The notes under the pieces: model-generated
Databases searched by the model: none
The model's input: only the letters and a program-made list of their open reading frames with translations
Told to the model about the DNA's origin: nothing
Shown: in pieces, positions 8,861 to 19,161 of the stretch
Position numbering within the stretch: position 1 is the first letter of the stretch
Layout of the letters: each line of letters opens with the position of its first letter
Made by a program: the position numbers and the translations under genes
Sequence record: DRR723986_4803
Strand: one strand, 5' to 3'
DNA length: 64,000 bases

Positions 8861-9961
8861 TTACTGTTCAATGCTGACAGCTTCACCGCCAGAAGCACTT
8901 CCGAGTGAACCCCAAACACCGTAATCGGATGGCCCCGCTGGATTTGCAAGACTGTTAGCGAGCTGATTACCAGTGTCGATGCTCTGCGAAATGAATTGAA
9001 CCGATCCGTCTGCCATTCCGACTTGGACTCCGCCGGTGTGGTAACTCGATGCGGCTCCCATGTCTTCGTTGCCATCCACACCGCCCCAGTGACACGAGGG
9101 ACCGTTCGGAGCAACCATAGTAGCGAAGCCTACAAAATAAGGTCGCCCGTCCCAAGCACGACCACCCGTAGGCCGGAATTGTGCCCGCACATCCCCTGTG
9201 AGTCGTCGAGGATTGGTTGGGTCAAGTCGAGCCAGGCAAGCGGCTGGATTCCAGTCTCGCATGTTTAACGCGACGCCACCAAGAACATCACGTGCATCAC
9301 CACCGGCGACTCGCTCACTAATCGCGATGGTATTGGACGTACCGTCGGTGATACCTCCGATGCTAAGCCAACGGTTGCGTTGAAAGATACCACGATTCGA
9401 CCTGTTTCCACCCCATTGCGGTGTAAAATGGTTTTGATGGTAATCATCACCAACACACACCTTGTAGTTCAAAAGGCATGGGCTTTCAGCAAGGTTTGTT
9501 GGTGGTGGGTCAGAAGGGCAAACGAATGTTGCAATACTTACCTGCCAATTCAGAGCAGCCCACGCGCGTTCCTCGTCGTTCGCGAAGTGACCGGGACTGT
9601 TTGCCCATGGGCTTGGCAAACCGGGGCCCGATGGACGAGCAAATGCTTGATGAGCGTTGTACAGATTACCTTGCTCAATAAACGGCAGAATCTGCATGGT
9701 ATAACTGAATGGAAAATTACCACGGCCAATACCTGGTGCGCCATTTACTCCGACGTAGCCTAGCGCTGGGAAACGCTTGTACGCAGACTCATAGTTGTGC
9801 ATCGACAAACTTATTTGTTTGACGTTGTTAGAGCACTGCATTCTCCTCGCTGCCTCACGCGCAGCTTGGACTGCTGGCAAGAGTAGTCCAACGAGTATGC
9901 CAATTATGGCAATGACCACCAACAACTCGACCAGTGTAAACCCAGTCATTCTTCGCTTCAT
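8861..9961 (-). CDS. DUF1559 family prepilin-type (N-methylation) protein with H-X9-DG motif
   Basis: G|FTLVELLVVIAIIGILVGLLLPAVQAAREAARRMQCSNN; HTGGVQVGMADGSV. Confidence 0.95.
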   Translation of the reverse strand: MKRRMTGFTLVELLVVIAIIGILVGLLLPAVQAAREAARRMQCSNNVKQISLSMHNYESAYKRFPALGYVGVNGAPGIGRGNFPFSYTMQILPFIEQGNLYNAHQAFARPSGPGLPSPWANSPGHFANDEERAWAALNWQVSIATFVCPSDPPPTNLAESPCLLNYKVCVGDDYHQNHFTPQWGGNRSNRGIFQRNRWLSIGGITDGTSNTIAISERVAGGDARDVLGGVALNMRDWNPAACLARLDPTNPRRLTGDVRAQFRPTGGRAWDGRPYFVGFATMVAPNGPSCHWGGVDGNEDMGAASSYHTGGVQVGMADGSVQFISQSIDTGNQLANSLANPAGPSDYGVWGSLGSASGGEAVSIEQ

Positions 9962-10070
9962 GAGAATCCCCTCCAGACAGAATTAAGCTAACGATGATTA
10001 ATCGAATCTAAAATCTTAAGCTTTCGGACACACCGCTGTCCAGATTTTGTGGGGCAGAAAGCGCCTGTAA

Positions 10071-10757
10071 TCAAGAATTATCGGTCTCGATCTTCGTTTT
10101 TCGGGGGCGAAGCTGAAACAACCCACCGAGTGGCGGAAGGGTCGCCAGTCCAAGCAATATCGTAAGGCGATTGACAGAATGCGTCGGAAATACTGCATTT
10201 CGGCTTTCAATTGGGGAAATCACACCGGAAAGAAGGCAGTAGACAACGACAGCGAGCAAGCCGCCCAATACCGCCCCTGAAACGGCGGCTCCCATGTCAC
10301 GAAGCACGCTACCAGCGGATGCAACTGCGACAGCACATGAAATGCAAATCGGCAGCGAGATAGCGCTCCACCTGCCAAACCAGTAAAGCATGGCGTCCCG
10401 CGGAAACGGTACGTTAGCGTCGTAGACGTGGCCGAGTAACGCTCCAAGGGCACCACCGCCGAAGCCGATTAGCAGTCCCAAACCTCCAGCCAAAGCTGCC
10501 GACTTTAGCGTTGCTCTAGGGTTGCCGGCTAGCCCTCCTGCCAACCCAATAAGTGCGCCAGCAAGTCCGAAACTCAACAAGTCGACTTTGAACTTTGACG
10601 ACTCTAGTTCATTCGTCTGTTCTTCAGTAACCTCCAGAGAAGTCTTGGCTTCTTCTGAAGCAAAAAAATCAGACTGGTAAAAGGAGTTCAGGAGTAGCCA
10701 GCTTGTGCAGCCAGCCGCTAAGCCCAGCAGCAAAACAATCGTTGCGCGAGTCATCAT
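10071..10757 (-). CDS. Gly-rich multi-pass membrane protein
   Basis: About 6 hydrophobic segments; co-oriented within the cluster. Confidence 0.75.
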   Translation of the reverse strand: MMTRATIVLLLGLAAGCTSWLLLNSFYQSDFFASEEAKTSLEVTEEQTNELESSKFKVDLLSFGLAGALIGLAGGLAGNPRATLKSAALAGGLGLLIGFGGGALGALLGHVYDANVPFPRDAMLYWFGRWSAISLPICISCAVAVASAGSVLRDMGAAVSGAVLGGLLAVVVYCLLSGVISPIESRNAVFPTHSVNRLTILLGLATLPPLGGLFQLRPRKTKIETDNS

Positions 10758-10828
10758 CTAACAGTTCCAGCAAAGCAAATACTTTGGACACACAGAGCGC
10801 AGGAGATTAGCCAAATCGTCTGCAAAGG

Positions 10829-12529
10829 TCAATCAGCAGTAATCTTTGCTCCAGTTCCGCGCTGAAGCGTAGAGCGGCTATTCTTCAGTGTTGAAAATGA
10901 CTCCTGAACGCCGTCGGGCCATGTTATCTCAATATTGATTTTCTCTGGTGCGTTACTTACTCCAAAGTGAAGCCGTGTGCCCCAGTAACTTTGGTAGCCG
11001 CGCCCGCTTACTAGCCAACGCGTTTGCGAACCATCAGAGATTTGCACCCTAGCTCCTATTGCAAATCTGTTCATGCCCGCCTGGCGTGGTTCCAACTGAA
11101 TCCAATCACCGCCGTTCAGTTCATTTCGAATCAACGATGGAGGCTCTCCAGAATCGACGATCAAGATATCGAGATCACCGTCGTTATCAAAATCTTCACA
11201 CGCAATTCCGCGGCTTGATGCTATCTTGTTCAAACCGTCTCCGGCTTGAATCGCAACATCCTTAAATCCGTCCGGTGTATTTCTAAGGACGTAATTCTTG
11301 AGTTTTTTCGTCGTTCGATCATCGATTTGTTCAACACGATCGAAGTGGCCACACGCTACGAAGAGGTCCTCCATTCTATCGTGGTCGAAATCAGCGAATG
11401 CGGTGCCCCAGCTAACATGTGGAAAGAGCTGGTTTGGTATTCGGGCCGTTGACGTCGCATCTTCAAAGAGGCCGCCCGAAAGATTCCGATAAAGAACTGG
11501 CATCTCGCCTTGGTAGTTTGTCACGAAAAGATCCGGTAGCCCATCGCGATCAAAGTCTCCAATATCGACCCCCATGCTTGAATTCGCCTTGCCGGCAAAA
11601 TCGTAGGCCAACCCGGAAAGTATGCCGGTTTCCGAAAAGAGTCCAGTGCCGTCGTTTTCGAACAGAAAGTTTGGTTGTCCATCATTGCAAACGTATACGT
11701 CGCAGTCTGAGTCCCCGTCAAAGTCTGCGCAGATTAAACCCATGCCCGGACCGGCGATCGAACCGATGCCAGCACGTGAACTTACGTCGGTGAACTGGCC
11801 GTCGCCGTCATTTCGATAGAGAGTGTCAGGAACTGGCTGGTAATACTGCGGCCCCGCTTGAAAACGGATCCCCTTTATGACGATGGGAACATGGTTTTCG
11901 AAATTGAAGTCTACGTAGTTCGCGACATAGAGATCGAGATCGTTGTCCCCGTCCATATCGAAGAATCCAACACCGGCTCCAACTTTGTTGCCGTTGCCGA
12001 CTCCGGCTTGTGTTGTCACGTCCTCGAATGTTCGATTCCCCTTATTTCGATAGAGCTTGTTTTCTCCAAAGTTGTTGACATACAAGTCTAAGTTGCCATC
12101 GCCGTCGTAGTCAGCAACACCAACACCTAGAGAATAGCCAGTGTCACCAACACCTGCTTCTTCGGTGACGTCAACAAACTTCCAGTTGCCCAGGTTCCTG
12201 TAAAGGCGATTTGACGTGGCAGGACCATCGTTTCCTTCGAGCGGGCTGCCGTTGAGAAAGTAGATGTCGATGTTGCCGTCGTTGTCGTAATCGAATGTCG
12301 CCACACCGGCCGACATGCCTTCAACGATGTATTCCATTCCACTTCCACCAGTCGTGTGGACGAAGTCGATGCCGCTTGAATTGACCACTTCAGTGAATTT
12401 GATTTGTCGGTTGCTGGAGCCATCGTCTTCGGCGTGGCTTTGCCCGTTCCCTACAAGAATGGGAGGCAGCATTCCGAAAAAGAATGCCAGGTGGCGAGTG
12501 GACCACGCAATTCGTTCTTGATAGTTCAT
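10829..12529 (-). CDS. CRTAC1-family FG-GAP beta-propeller with ASPIC/UnbV C-terminus
   Basis: Repeated DxDxDGxxDI/L motifs; C-terminal SGRGYQSYWGTRLHFG; signal peptide. Confidence 0.92.
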   Translation of the reverse strand: MNYQERIAWSTRHLAFFFGMLPPILVGNGQSHAEDDGSSNRQIKFTEVVNSSGIDFVHTTGGSGMEYIVEGMSAGVATFDYDNDGNIDIYFLNGSPLEGNDGPATSNRLYRNLGNWKFVDVTEEAGVGDTGYSLGVGVADYDGDGNLDLYVNNFGENKLYRNKGNRTFEDVTTQAGVGNGNKVGAGVGFFDMDGDNDLDLYVANYVDFNFENHVPIVIKGIRFQAGPQYYQPVPDTLYRNDGDGQFTDVSSRAGIGSIAGPGMGLICADFDGDSDCDVYVCNDGQPNFLFENDGTGLFSETGILSGLAYDFAGKANSSMGVDIGDFDRDGLPDLFVTNYQGEMPVLYRNLSGGLFEDATSTARIPNQLFPHVSWGTAFADFDHDRMEDLFVACGHFDRVEQIDDRTTKKLKNYVLRNTPDGFKDVAIQAGDGLNKIASSRGIACEDFDNDGDLDILIVDSGEPPSLIRNELNGGDWIQLEPRQAGMNRFAIGARVQISDGSQTRWLVSGRGYQSYWGTRLHFGVSNAPEKINIEITWPDGVQESFSTLKNSRSTLQRGTGAKITAD

Positions 12530-12572
12530 TGTTGGTGTTTTGGTGCTTTTGAGTGTAGTGTTGGCAGCACGC

Positions 12573-13952
12573 TTACTTCATTTTGCTTGCTTCATTATCA
12601 GCCCTTAGTGCATCTTTCTCACGTCCGGCCAGTCGAAACACTCGCGCCAGTAATCGAAAACCTTGGCCACTTGGCTTTAGACGCACTGCCCGCTCGGCGT
12701 ACCATATGGCTTTCTCTGGTTCGCCGACCTCTGAGAGAAAGTCTGCCATCGCAGCGTATCCAGTTACCGTCATTGGCGACATGCTGATTGCCTGCTTGAT
12801 TGCTGCTTCTGCTTCGGCATGCAACTCTGCGGCAGATGCTGTTTTGGCCAACCTTAGGTAGTGCATCAAATTGAGAGGTGCGATTTGCTTCAGTCGCCTG
12901 CGAATCACAAGCTCGTTGTGAAGCCGACCGCTACGTTGATACAAGGTCCCAAGACTCAGGCATGCGTTTTCATTCTTCGGGTCCAGGGCGAGCACTCGCA
13001 GGAGCAAGTGTTCCGCCGCGACAACTCTTCCACGTTCGCTGTAGAGTTCGGCGGCTTCACGCAGAGTCGCTATGCAGACTCGTCGAGCTTCCGCCTCGGA
13101 AAGAACACTGTAGCGTTCACTAGTTGACAGTTTGGTCTCCTGAAACCCTTGGTAAAGTTCTAAGGCTTGTTGAGCTTCATCTTGCTTGCGATTCCTGATC
13201 AATGCGTTGAACAGTGCAAAGTAGCAAGCTTTGTTGTGGACGCCCAGTTCCACGGCGTTGGAAAGGCTTTGTTCCGCTTCGACTGACTTTCCAAGCTTCA
13301 GTTGGGCTTGGCCAAGGATAAACCATAACGGTCCGTTTTCCGGCGAGCTCTTAAGGGTCGATTGGGCAATCTCGACGGCACGCTCCGCATCTCCCGCAGC
13401 AACCAAAGCGATTCCCAAATGATGGGCAAGATCTTCCCCATTCATACCTTGCTGACGGGCTTGATCAAGTGTTTCCACCGCGAGGGATGCGTCTCCGCGA
13501 TCCAAGGCTATAGCTGCCAGATTGACGTAGTATTCGCTTTGCTTTGGGCTGAGTTCAATACAACGTGTCCAAAGTTCCAGCGCCTTGCCCGAATTGTGAA
13601 TCTGCGCTTGAAGGAGCGCGGCGACGTGCAAGCTTCTTGCATCATCCGGAAATGCGTCTAGGAGCTCGTTTACCGTAAACTCAGCCTCAGCTTCCAACGC
13701 ATCCTTGCTTGCTGGGCTTGCCGCGACAGGCAAGAGGATGGTCGCGAGGGACGAAGTTGTTGCGACAGGACGCTCTGGGCGGGCGTCCTGTCCTGCAGTT
13801 TTTTCGATGGCGATATCTGCGTCGGCCGTTGATTCTGCACCACGCAAGGTAGTTTGTTGTCGGATGCTAAGCAAATACCCAGTATACCCTAAGCAAGAAA
13901 CGAGCATGACAATGATCGCTACGCTCAAGAGTGTTCCAATTGTCTTGGTCAT
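12573..13952 (-). CDS. Membrane-anchored tetratricopeptide repeat protein
   Basis: N-terminal TM helix and many TPR-like repeats. ATG 13952 overlaps the upstream stop (ATGA). Confidence 0.85.
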   Translation of the reverse strand: MTKTIGTLLSVAIIVMLVSCLGYTGYLLSIRQQTTLRGAESTADADIAIEKTAGQDARPERPVATTSSLATILLPVAASPASKDALEAEAEFTVNELLDAFPDDARSLHVAALLQAQIHNSGKALELWTRCIELSPKQSEYYVNLAAIALDRGDASLAVETLDQARQQGMNGEDLAHHLGIALVAAGDAERAVEIAQSTLKSSPENGPLWFILGQAQLKLGKSVEAEQSLSNAVELGVHNKACYFALFNALIRNRKQDEAQQALELYQGFQETKLSTSERYSVLSEAEARRVCIATLREAAELYSERGRVVAAEHLLLRVLALDPKNENACLSLGTLYQRSGRLHNELVIRRRLKQIAPLNLMHYLRLAKTASAAELHAEAEAAIKQAISMSPMTVTGYAAMADFLSEVGEPEKAIWYAERAVRLKPSGQGFRLLARVFRLAGREKDALRADNEASKMK

Positions 13953-15670
13953 GGTTTCTCCTCGCCGCTTCCTTGCACAATCACAACTTCGCGATTCACA
14001 CTGAACACCTCTGTGTGCTGGAGATCTCCTGTACCCCAATCAACGACAATTAGAGCCGACGCGTTGGCAGTTTCGGCGTCGCTTCTTAGGGGAATGCCAA
14101 AATGCAAAACGTTGCCATAGTGGCTTTGGTAGCCGCGTCCGGCGTGTACTTCTGCAACTTGCTCTGCACCCGCGAACCGCAACGTCACTCTTGCGCCTAT
14201 TCCTTGCCGATTTGCTGTTTGCCCGACAAGTCGCACCGTTAACCAGGAGCTGTCGACGTCAGTTGCGTTGGCAAGTAAGGTTGGAGCGGCGTTGGCGTTC
14301 TGTACGACGATGTCGACTAGCCCATCGCCGTTGAGGTCGTCAAACGCTGCTCCTCTACTACTTTGAATCGGGGCCGATACCATATTCGAATCGATGGTAG
14401 CAAACTTTCCGTTGCCATTGTTCTCAAGCAAAAAGTCCTTAACTTTCACGGACGTCGAGTCGTCAATATGGTGGATGTTGTCCATGAAATGACCACACGC
14501 TATGTAGAGATCACGGTCACCATCGTTGTCAAAATCTGCAGCACCCACGCCCCAATTGACATGTGCGAAGAGCGAAGTGTCGACTCTCGAGCGATTCGAT
14601 TCGTCGGTGAAAATGCCAGTGCCCGAGTTACGATAGACTACAGGCATCTCTTGCTGGTAGGTTGTCGAAATAATGTCGATCAGGCCATCATTGTCGATGT
14701 CGCTACAGTCGACTCCCATATTGCCGTTGGTCTTGCCATGACGATCGTAAGCCAAGCCGCTAAGCAAGCCTTCTTCCGTGAACAATCCTGTACCGTCATT
14801 AATCAGGGCAAAATTGGGAAAGCTGTCGTTGGCAACAAACAGGTCGACGTCCCTGTCCCCGTCTATGTCGGTCGCGATTACTCCCATGCCTGTGCCAAGG
14901 TTTTCGTCTAGGCCACATATCCTAGACACATCATCGTACGTACCATCGCCATTATTGCGAAACAGATTGTCAGTCGCAGGAGGGTAGTCTCTCGGCCCGG
15001 GGTGGAATTGATGTCCACCAATCATGCGAACTTTGTGCTCACTCAGTGAGAATTCTTGATAGTTCGCACAGTAAAGGTCCAAATCGCCGTCGGTATCCAT
15101 ATCGAAGAAGACAGCGCCAGCCCCGAATCGGTCGCCGGCTGCGACCCCAATACACTTCGCCGCTTCGGTAAATGTGCCATCGCCGTTGTTGACATAGAAA
15201 ACGTTGGGGCCATAGTTGGTGACGTAGATATCTTCATCACCATCGTTGTCGAAATCCGCGGCGGTGACACCGAGACCGAATCCAGGGTCACCCACGCCAG
15301 CAAGAGATGTAACGTCCTGAAACCGGAGACCGTCCAAGTTTCTGTATAGTTTATTCTCTAGCGCACTCTCATTTGAGGCTTGAGTGGATAGCCTTCTTCC
15401 GTTCACAAAATAGATGTCTTTGAGACCGTCACCATCAAAGTCGAGTGTGGCTATACCCCCAGTCATCGCTTCGACAACGAAACGATCTCCAGATCCTCCA
15501 TCAGAATGGACAAAGTCGATGCCAGAAGAATTACTTCGATCAACAAAATGGATCGGTGAACTGCTCTGGGGCAATTCTTGTCCACAAGCCGCGTTCAAGA
15601 TGATCAACAGGAGTGGCATGGCATTGCCCGCCCCCTGGCAATATTTTCTCGCAAGAACAAGTGCTGTCAT
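13949..15670 (-). CDS. CRTAC1-family FG-GAP beta-propeller with ASPIC/UnbV C-terminus
   Basis: DFDGDG/DFDNDG repeats; AGRGYQSHYGNVLHFG; ATGA coupling at both ends. Confidence 0.92.
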   Translation of the reverse strand: MTALVLARKYCQGAGNAMPLLLIILNAACGQELPQSSSPIHFVDRSNSSGIDFVHSDGGSGDRFVVEAMTGGIATLDFDGDGLKDIYFVNGRRLSTQASNESALENKLYRNLDGLRFQDVTSLAGVGDPGFGLGVTAADFDNDGDEDIYVTNYGPNVFYVNNGDGTFTEAAKCIGVAAGDRFGAGAVFFDMDTDGDLDLYCANYQEFSLSEHKVRMIGGHQFHPGPRDYPPATDNLFRNNGDGTYDDVSRICGLDENLGTGMGVIATDIDGDRDVDLFVANDSFPNFALINDGTGLFTEEGLLSGLAYDRHGKTNGNMGVDCSDIDNDGLIDIISTTYQQEMPVVYRNSGTGIFTDESNRSRVDTSLFAHVNWGVGAADFDNDGDRDLYIACGHFMDNIHHIDDSTSVKVKDFLLENNGNGKFATIDSNMVSAPIQSSRGAAFDDLNGDGLVDIVVQNANAAPTLLANATDVDSSWLTVRLVGQTANRQGIGARVTLRFAGAEQVAEVHAGRGYQSHYGNVLHFGIPLRSDAETANASALIVVDWGTGDLQHTEVFSVNREVVIVQGSGEEKP

Positions 15671-17358
15671 CGGATCGCTGACTGGATAATTGTGATTACG
15701 TGACCTTTCAGAAGTCCTGCTTCAAGAATCTCCTCCGCAGACAACGTCTCGGTTTTTCCACCAGGCCAAACGATCGATATCGAATCTTGTGAGCCGCTGC
15801 CGAACCCAGGTTTCATCCCTAATCCGAAATGGAGCGTGTTGCCGAAATGGCTTTGGTAGCCGCGACCACATCGGATCTCCGCAAAGTGTTCCTGATTGCC
15901 AGTTGTCAGCACCACCTTCGCGCCAATGGCGTTGCGATTTGACGACACCCCGACCAGCCTAACCTTCAGAGACTTACCAGCGGGTTCACTGGTATTTGAG
16001 AGGTATTGGACGCCGCTATCACAATTTATAATCAAAACGTCGAGATCGCCATCTATATCGAAGTCTTCCAATGCTATTCCTCGGCTACTTCGTGGAGGCC
16101 CCGTATCGGCCAAAGCTGATAGGGAAACATCCGCGAAACGCCCTTGCCGCTGCTCCATCACCGCATTTGCAACGTCGAATGCAGTGCGCGTACCAATTGC
16201 ATCGACGTTCTTCAAGAAATGTCCATTTGCCACGATGAGGTCCACATCGCCATCGCAATCAAGATCACCCCAGCCCAGCCCCCAACTAACGTGCGGCTGC
16301 ATCGGACGCCCCGCTTGTCGCAGTGCGGTTGTGTCACGAAATCCCCAATCTACGTGGGATTCGAAAAGGGTTGGGATCTGGCCCTGGTAGTTTGTCACTA
16401 GCAGGTCCGATATACGATCTTCGTTGAGGTCGGCAGCGTCTACGCCCATACTTCCAGCCTCGATACCGCTTGTGTCATAGGCTACACCAGACAAGACTGC
16501 ATCCTCAGTCAGCCTGCCTGACCCGTCATTGCGATATAGTGCATCGGCGGTCCCGTCGCAGCATACAAAGACATCAGAATCTCCATCCATATCGAAGTCC
16601 CCGCACGTCACTCCCATACTCGGAAGAGCCGTTTCAGCGAGACCGCTCACATCACTCCAGTCAGCAAATGTGCCATCGCCCATGTTGCGAAACAGGGTAT
16701 CGGAAACTGCAGGGAAGTCCTTCGGTCCGGGCGGAAATGGGTAAGCTCTCGAAGAAATCTCTTGGAAATCCTCGGTGGTAAACGCGACATAGTTTCCACT
16801 GTAGATATCGAGATCGCCATCGTTGTCGATATCAAGAAACGCGCATCCCGCTCCAAACTTCTCACCGTCGCCCACTTGAGCGATCGAAGTCACATCGGAG
16901 AAAGTGCCGTCGCCATTGTTGTGCAGGAGTCTATTTGCTCCAAAGTTATTCAAGTAAATGTCTTGAAAACCATCGTTGTCAAAATCGGCTGCGGCCATTC
17001 CCAGCGCAAAGTCAGGGGTCTCGGCCAGAGCACTCTTGCTGACTTCATTCCAACGCATGCCAACCTGATTCTGATAGAGCCTATTCCTGCCAACCTGGTC
17101 GGGAGACAGTGCGTTGCCATTGGGGAGATAGCAGTCCCAGCGACCGTCATTGTCAAAGTCGATTGTTGTAAGGCCAGCCGTCATGAGCTGAGGGAGATGC
17201 TGTTTGCTCAAGTCGCCAACGCTATGCCGGTGAGCCAAACCTGTGGATTGTGTTTTGTCTTCAAAGCGAATCTGGCCGGAAGCGTAGGGAGAAGTGAAGA
17301 ACGTCAATGCAGCCAACGCTATTGTGTGGTTGAAAACAGACGCAATTCTTTTTTTCAC
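15667..17358 (-). CDS. CRTAC1-family FG-GAP beta-propeller with ASPIC/UnbV C-terminus
   Basis: DFDNDG repeats; CGRGYQSHFGNTLHFG. Probable start GTG 17358 gives the signal peptide MKKRIASV...ASG. Confidence 0.92.
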   Translation of the reverse strand: MKKRIASVFNHTIALAALTFFTSPYASGQIRFEDKTQSTGLAHRHSVGDLSKQHLPQLMTAGLTTIDFDNDGRWDCYLPNGNALSPDQVGRNRLYQNQVGMRWNEVSKSALAETPDFALGMAAADFDNDGFQDIYLNNFGANRLLHNNGDGTFSDVTSIAQVGDGEKFGAGCAFLDIDNDGDLDIYSGNYVAFTTEDFQEISSRAYPFPPGPKDFPAVSDTLFRNMGDGTFADWSDVSGLAETALPSMGVTCGDFDMDGDSDVFVCCDGTADALYRNDGSGRLTEDAVLSGVAYDTSGIEAGSMGVDAADLNEDRISDLLVTNYQGQIPTLFESHVDWGFRDTTALRQAGRPMQPHVSWGLGWGDLDCDGDVDLIVANGHFLKNVDAIGTRTAFDVANAVMEQRQGRFADVSLSALADTGPPRSSRGIALEDFDIDGDLDVLIINCDSGVQYLSNTSEPAGKSLKVRLVGVSSNRNAIGAKVVLTTGNQEHFAEIRCGRGYQSHFGNTLHFGLGMKPGFGSGSQDSISIVWPGGKTETLSAEEILEAGLLKGHVITIIQSAIR

Positions 17359-17398
17359 AATCGATTCTTCCTGATGCCAAGTTCCGAACCACCTCAAT

Positions 17399-18787
17399 TT
17401 ACTGACCAGTCTGGGCGTTGGCGAGCCTTTCTAGCTCAGTCGCCTGCAGTTCAGCAGCCGCTGCAGAGTCGTTGTCGCCAGCAGCTTTGTACACATTGGC
17501 AAGCAGCCGAAAAGAATTGGCGGATCTATCGCGCTCAACGACCAATACGGCCAGTTGGCGTGCACGCTCCGTGTCTCCCTCCGCCAGCGCCAACTGAGCC
17601 AGAGCGGTTTGTGACAGCACGCCATCGCGATCAACCTTTGTGCCCTTCTCAAGCATGAGCTTCGCGTAGTCGAAGGCTCCAACATTTAACGCAACACTTG
17701 CTAAGTTGCAGTAATTCAAGACATTGTTGGGTTGGATCTCAACGAGATGCTGGTGGAGGCCTAGGGCGTCTTTGGGGCGATCTAGCTTTCTAAGAACAGA
17801 GGAAAGTGACATGAAAGACTCGCCGCCAGTTGGCAGTACCTCGATCGAACGTCGAAGCATACGCTCAGCTTTTTCTAGTTGACCAGCGTTTTCTGCTACC
17901 GCTGCTGCGGACAGATAGGCTTGTTGGCCGATCTCGCGGAGCGCGCTTTCGTAGCTGTCTTGAAACTTGGCTTGCTCAAATCCGGCTTGCCTTTTCTTTA
18001 GCTTTTCCAGTGCGTCGCGTACTGCGACCGCCTGCTCCCGTTTGTTCTGCCGTACCAACGCGAGACTAAGTTGAACCGCCGCTTGTTCGCTCATTGGATA
18101 TAACTCGAGTGTCCGTGTTGAGACCGACTCAGCTTTTGCGAATTCTTGCATCTGATTGAGTACACGCGACAGTGCCAGCATCAACCTCTCGTCCGCTGCA
18201 AATTTGTTAATTGCTTGACTAAGGACTTCGCTCGACTTGGAAAGCTGCCCTAAATTCTCATGCGCGGTCGCAAGTTCTAACGCCAATTCTGTGGAGTCCA
18301 GCCCTTGAGCCTTCGCGGCCGTCAAAATCGCGATAGCTTCTTCTTCTCGGCCACTCTGGTTGAGCAATTGAGCCAGGCCTGCATAAGGACCAGGTGCGGT
18401 GGGGTTGAGAGCTAGGCAAGCCCGCCAGGCTGCTTCCGCTTGTTCCATACTCTTGAGTTCAGCGAAGATTCTTGCAGCGAAATGGTAAGCCCCAGGGTCA
18501 CCTTCGAAATCAGCTATTAAGCTGGTTGCAAGATCGGTAAGCTCTTCTTTGAACACCCCAGTTTCGATACTCACCGGTTCAGTTGGGAATGCAAGCCGCT
18601 TCTTGGATGAAGCAATGATTTGTTCGGTTTCCGCCATGCTTAGTTGGCGAGTTTCTGATGTGGCAACTTCCTGAATGCTATTTTCGTCCGCTGTCTCGTC
18701 ATTAGGCGTCAACCAGACGACAATCGAAACGATCGCAATTGATACAATCAGGCAGCCGATCAGTATCGATTTCGAAGGCATAATCAT
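17399..18787 (-). CDS. Membrane-anchored tetratricopeptide repeat protein
   Basis: N-terminal TM helix and TPR repeats; same architecture as 12573..13952. Start uncertain (18781, 18787 or 18820). Confidence 0.85.
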   Translation of the reverse strand: MIMPSKSILIGCLIVSIAIVSIVVWLTPNDETADENSIQEVATSETRQLSMAETEQIIASSKKRLAFPTEPVSIETGVFKEELTDLATSLIADFEGDPGAYHFAARIFAELKSMEQAEAAWRACLALNPTAPGPYAGLAQLLNQSGREEEAIAILTAAKAQGLDSTELALELATAHENLGQLSKSSEVLSQAINKFAADERLMLALSRVLNQMQEFAKAESVSTRTLELYPMSEQAAVQLSLALVRQNKREQAVAVRDALEKLKKRQAGFEQAKFQDSYESALREIGQQAYLSAAAVAENAGQLEKAERMLRRSIEVLPTGGESFMSLSSVLRKLDRPKDALGLHQHLVEIQPNNVLNYCNLASVALNVGAFDYAKLMLEKGTKVDRDGVLSQTALAQLALAEGDTERARQLAVLVVERDRSANSFRLLANVYKAAGDNDSAAAAELQATELERLANAQTGQ

Positions 18788-18960
18788 GAGTCCAAGCAAA
18801 ATGGGGCGAGGTTCGAGCACGCGGCGAACATGTCATTCTAAATTGCCTCCACGGCTTAGTCGAGAAGCAGGCCTTGGGGGCAAACGCGATATACTCTTTC
18901 ATCGTCTTCGCGTTGAAGCGGTAGGGCTTTACGATTGGTGGCTAGACAAAGGACACAGAC

Positions 18961-19161
18961 GTGCAACAAATAAAACTGTTCAAGGGTGTTGAAAGTGAGA
19001 TGGAAGACCTGGAAAAACAAGTCAACGATTGGTTGACTAGCAGTGGTGCCAAAATCATCAGTGTGGCTGGCAATATTTCGCCGCAAACTCAACATCCAAA
19101 CACGCTCGATTCATTTCCAACCTCAGATATCCTGATCGTTATTACCTACGAGGCGAAGTAG
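18961..19161 (+). CDS. Small hypothetical protein (66 aa), Cse60/DUF2758-like pattern
   Basis: AAGGA Shine-Dalgarno and GTG start; stop overlaps the next start; QIKLF...DLEKQVNDWL...II...ILIVITYE. Confidence 0.65.
   Translation: MQQIKLFKGVESEMEDLEKQVNDWLTSSGAKIISVAGNISPQTQHPNTLDSFPTSDILIVITYEAK

Noticed and set aside
8283-18787. Cluster as a mobile or horizontally acquired island
   Set aside because: It looks slightly less GC-rich by eye, but there is no integrase, transposase, tRNA or flanking direct repeat, and the gene families are native to the lineage
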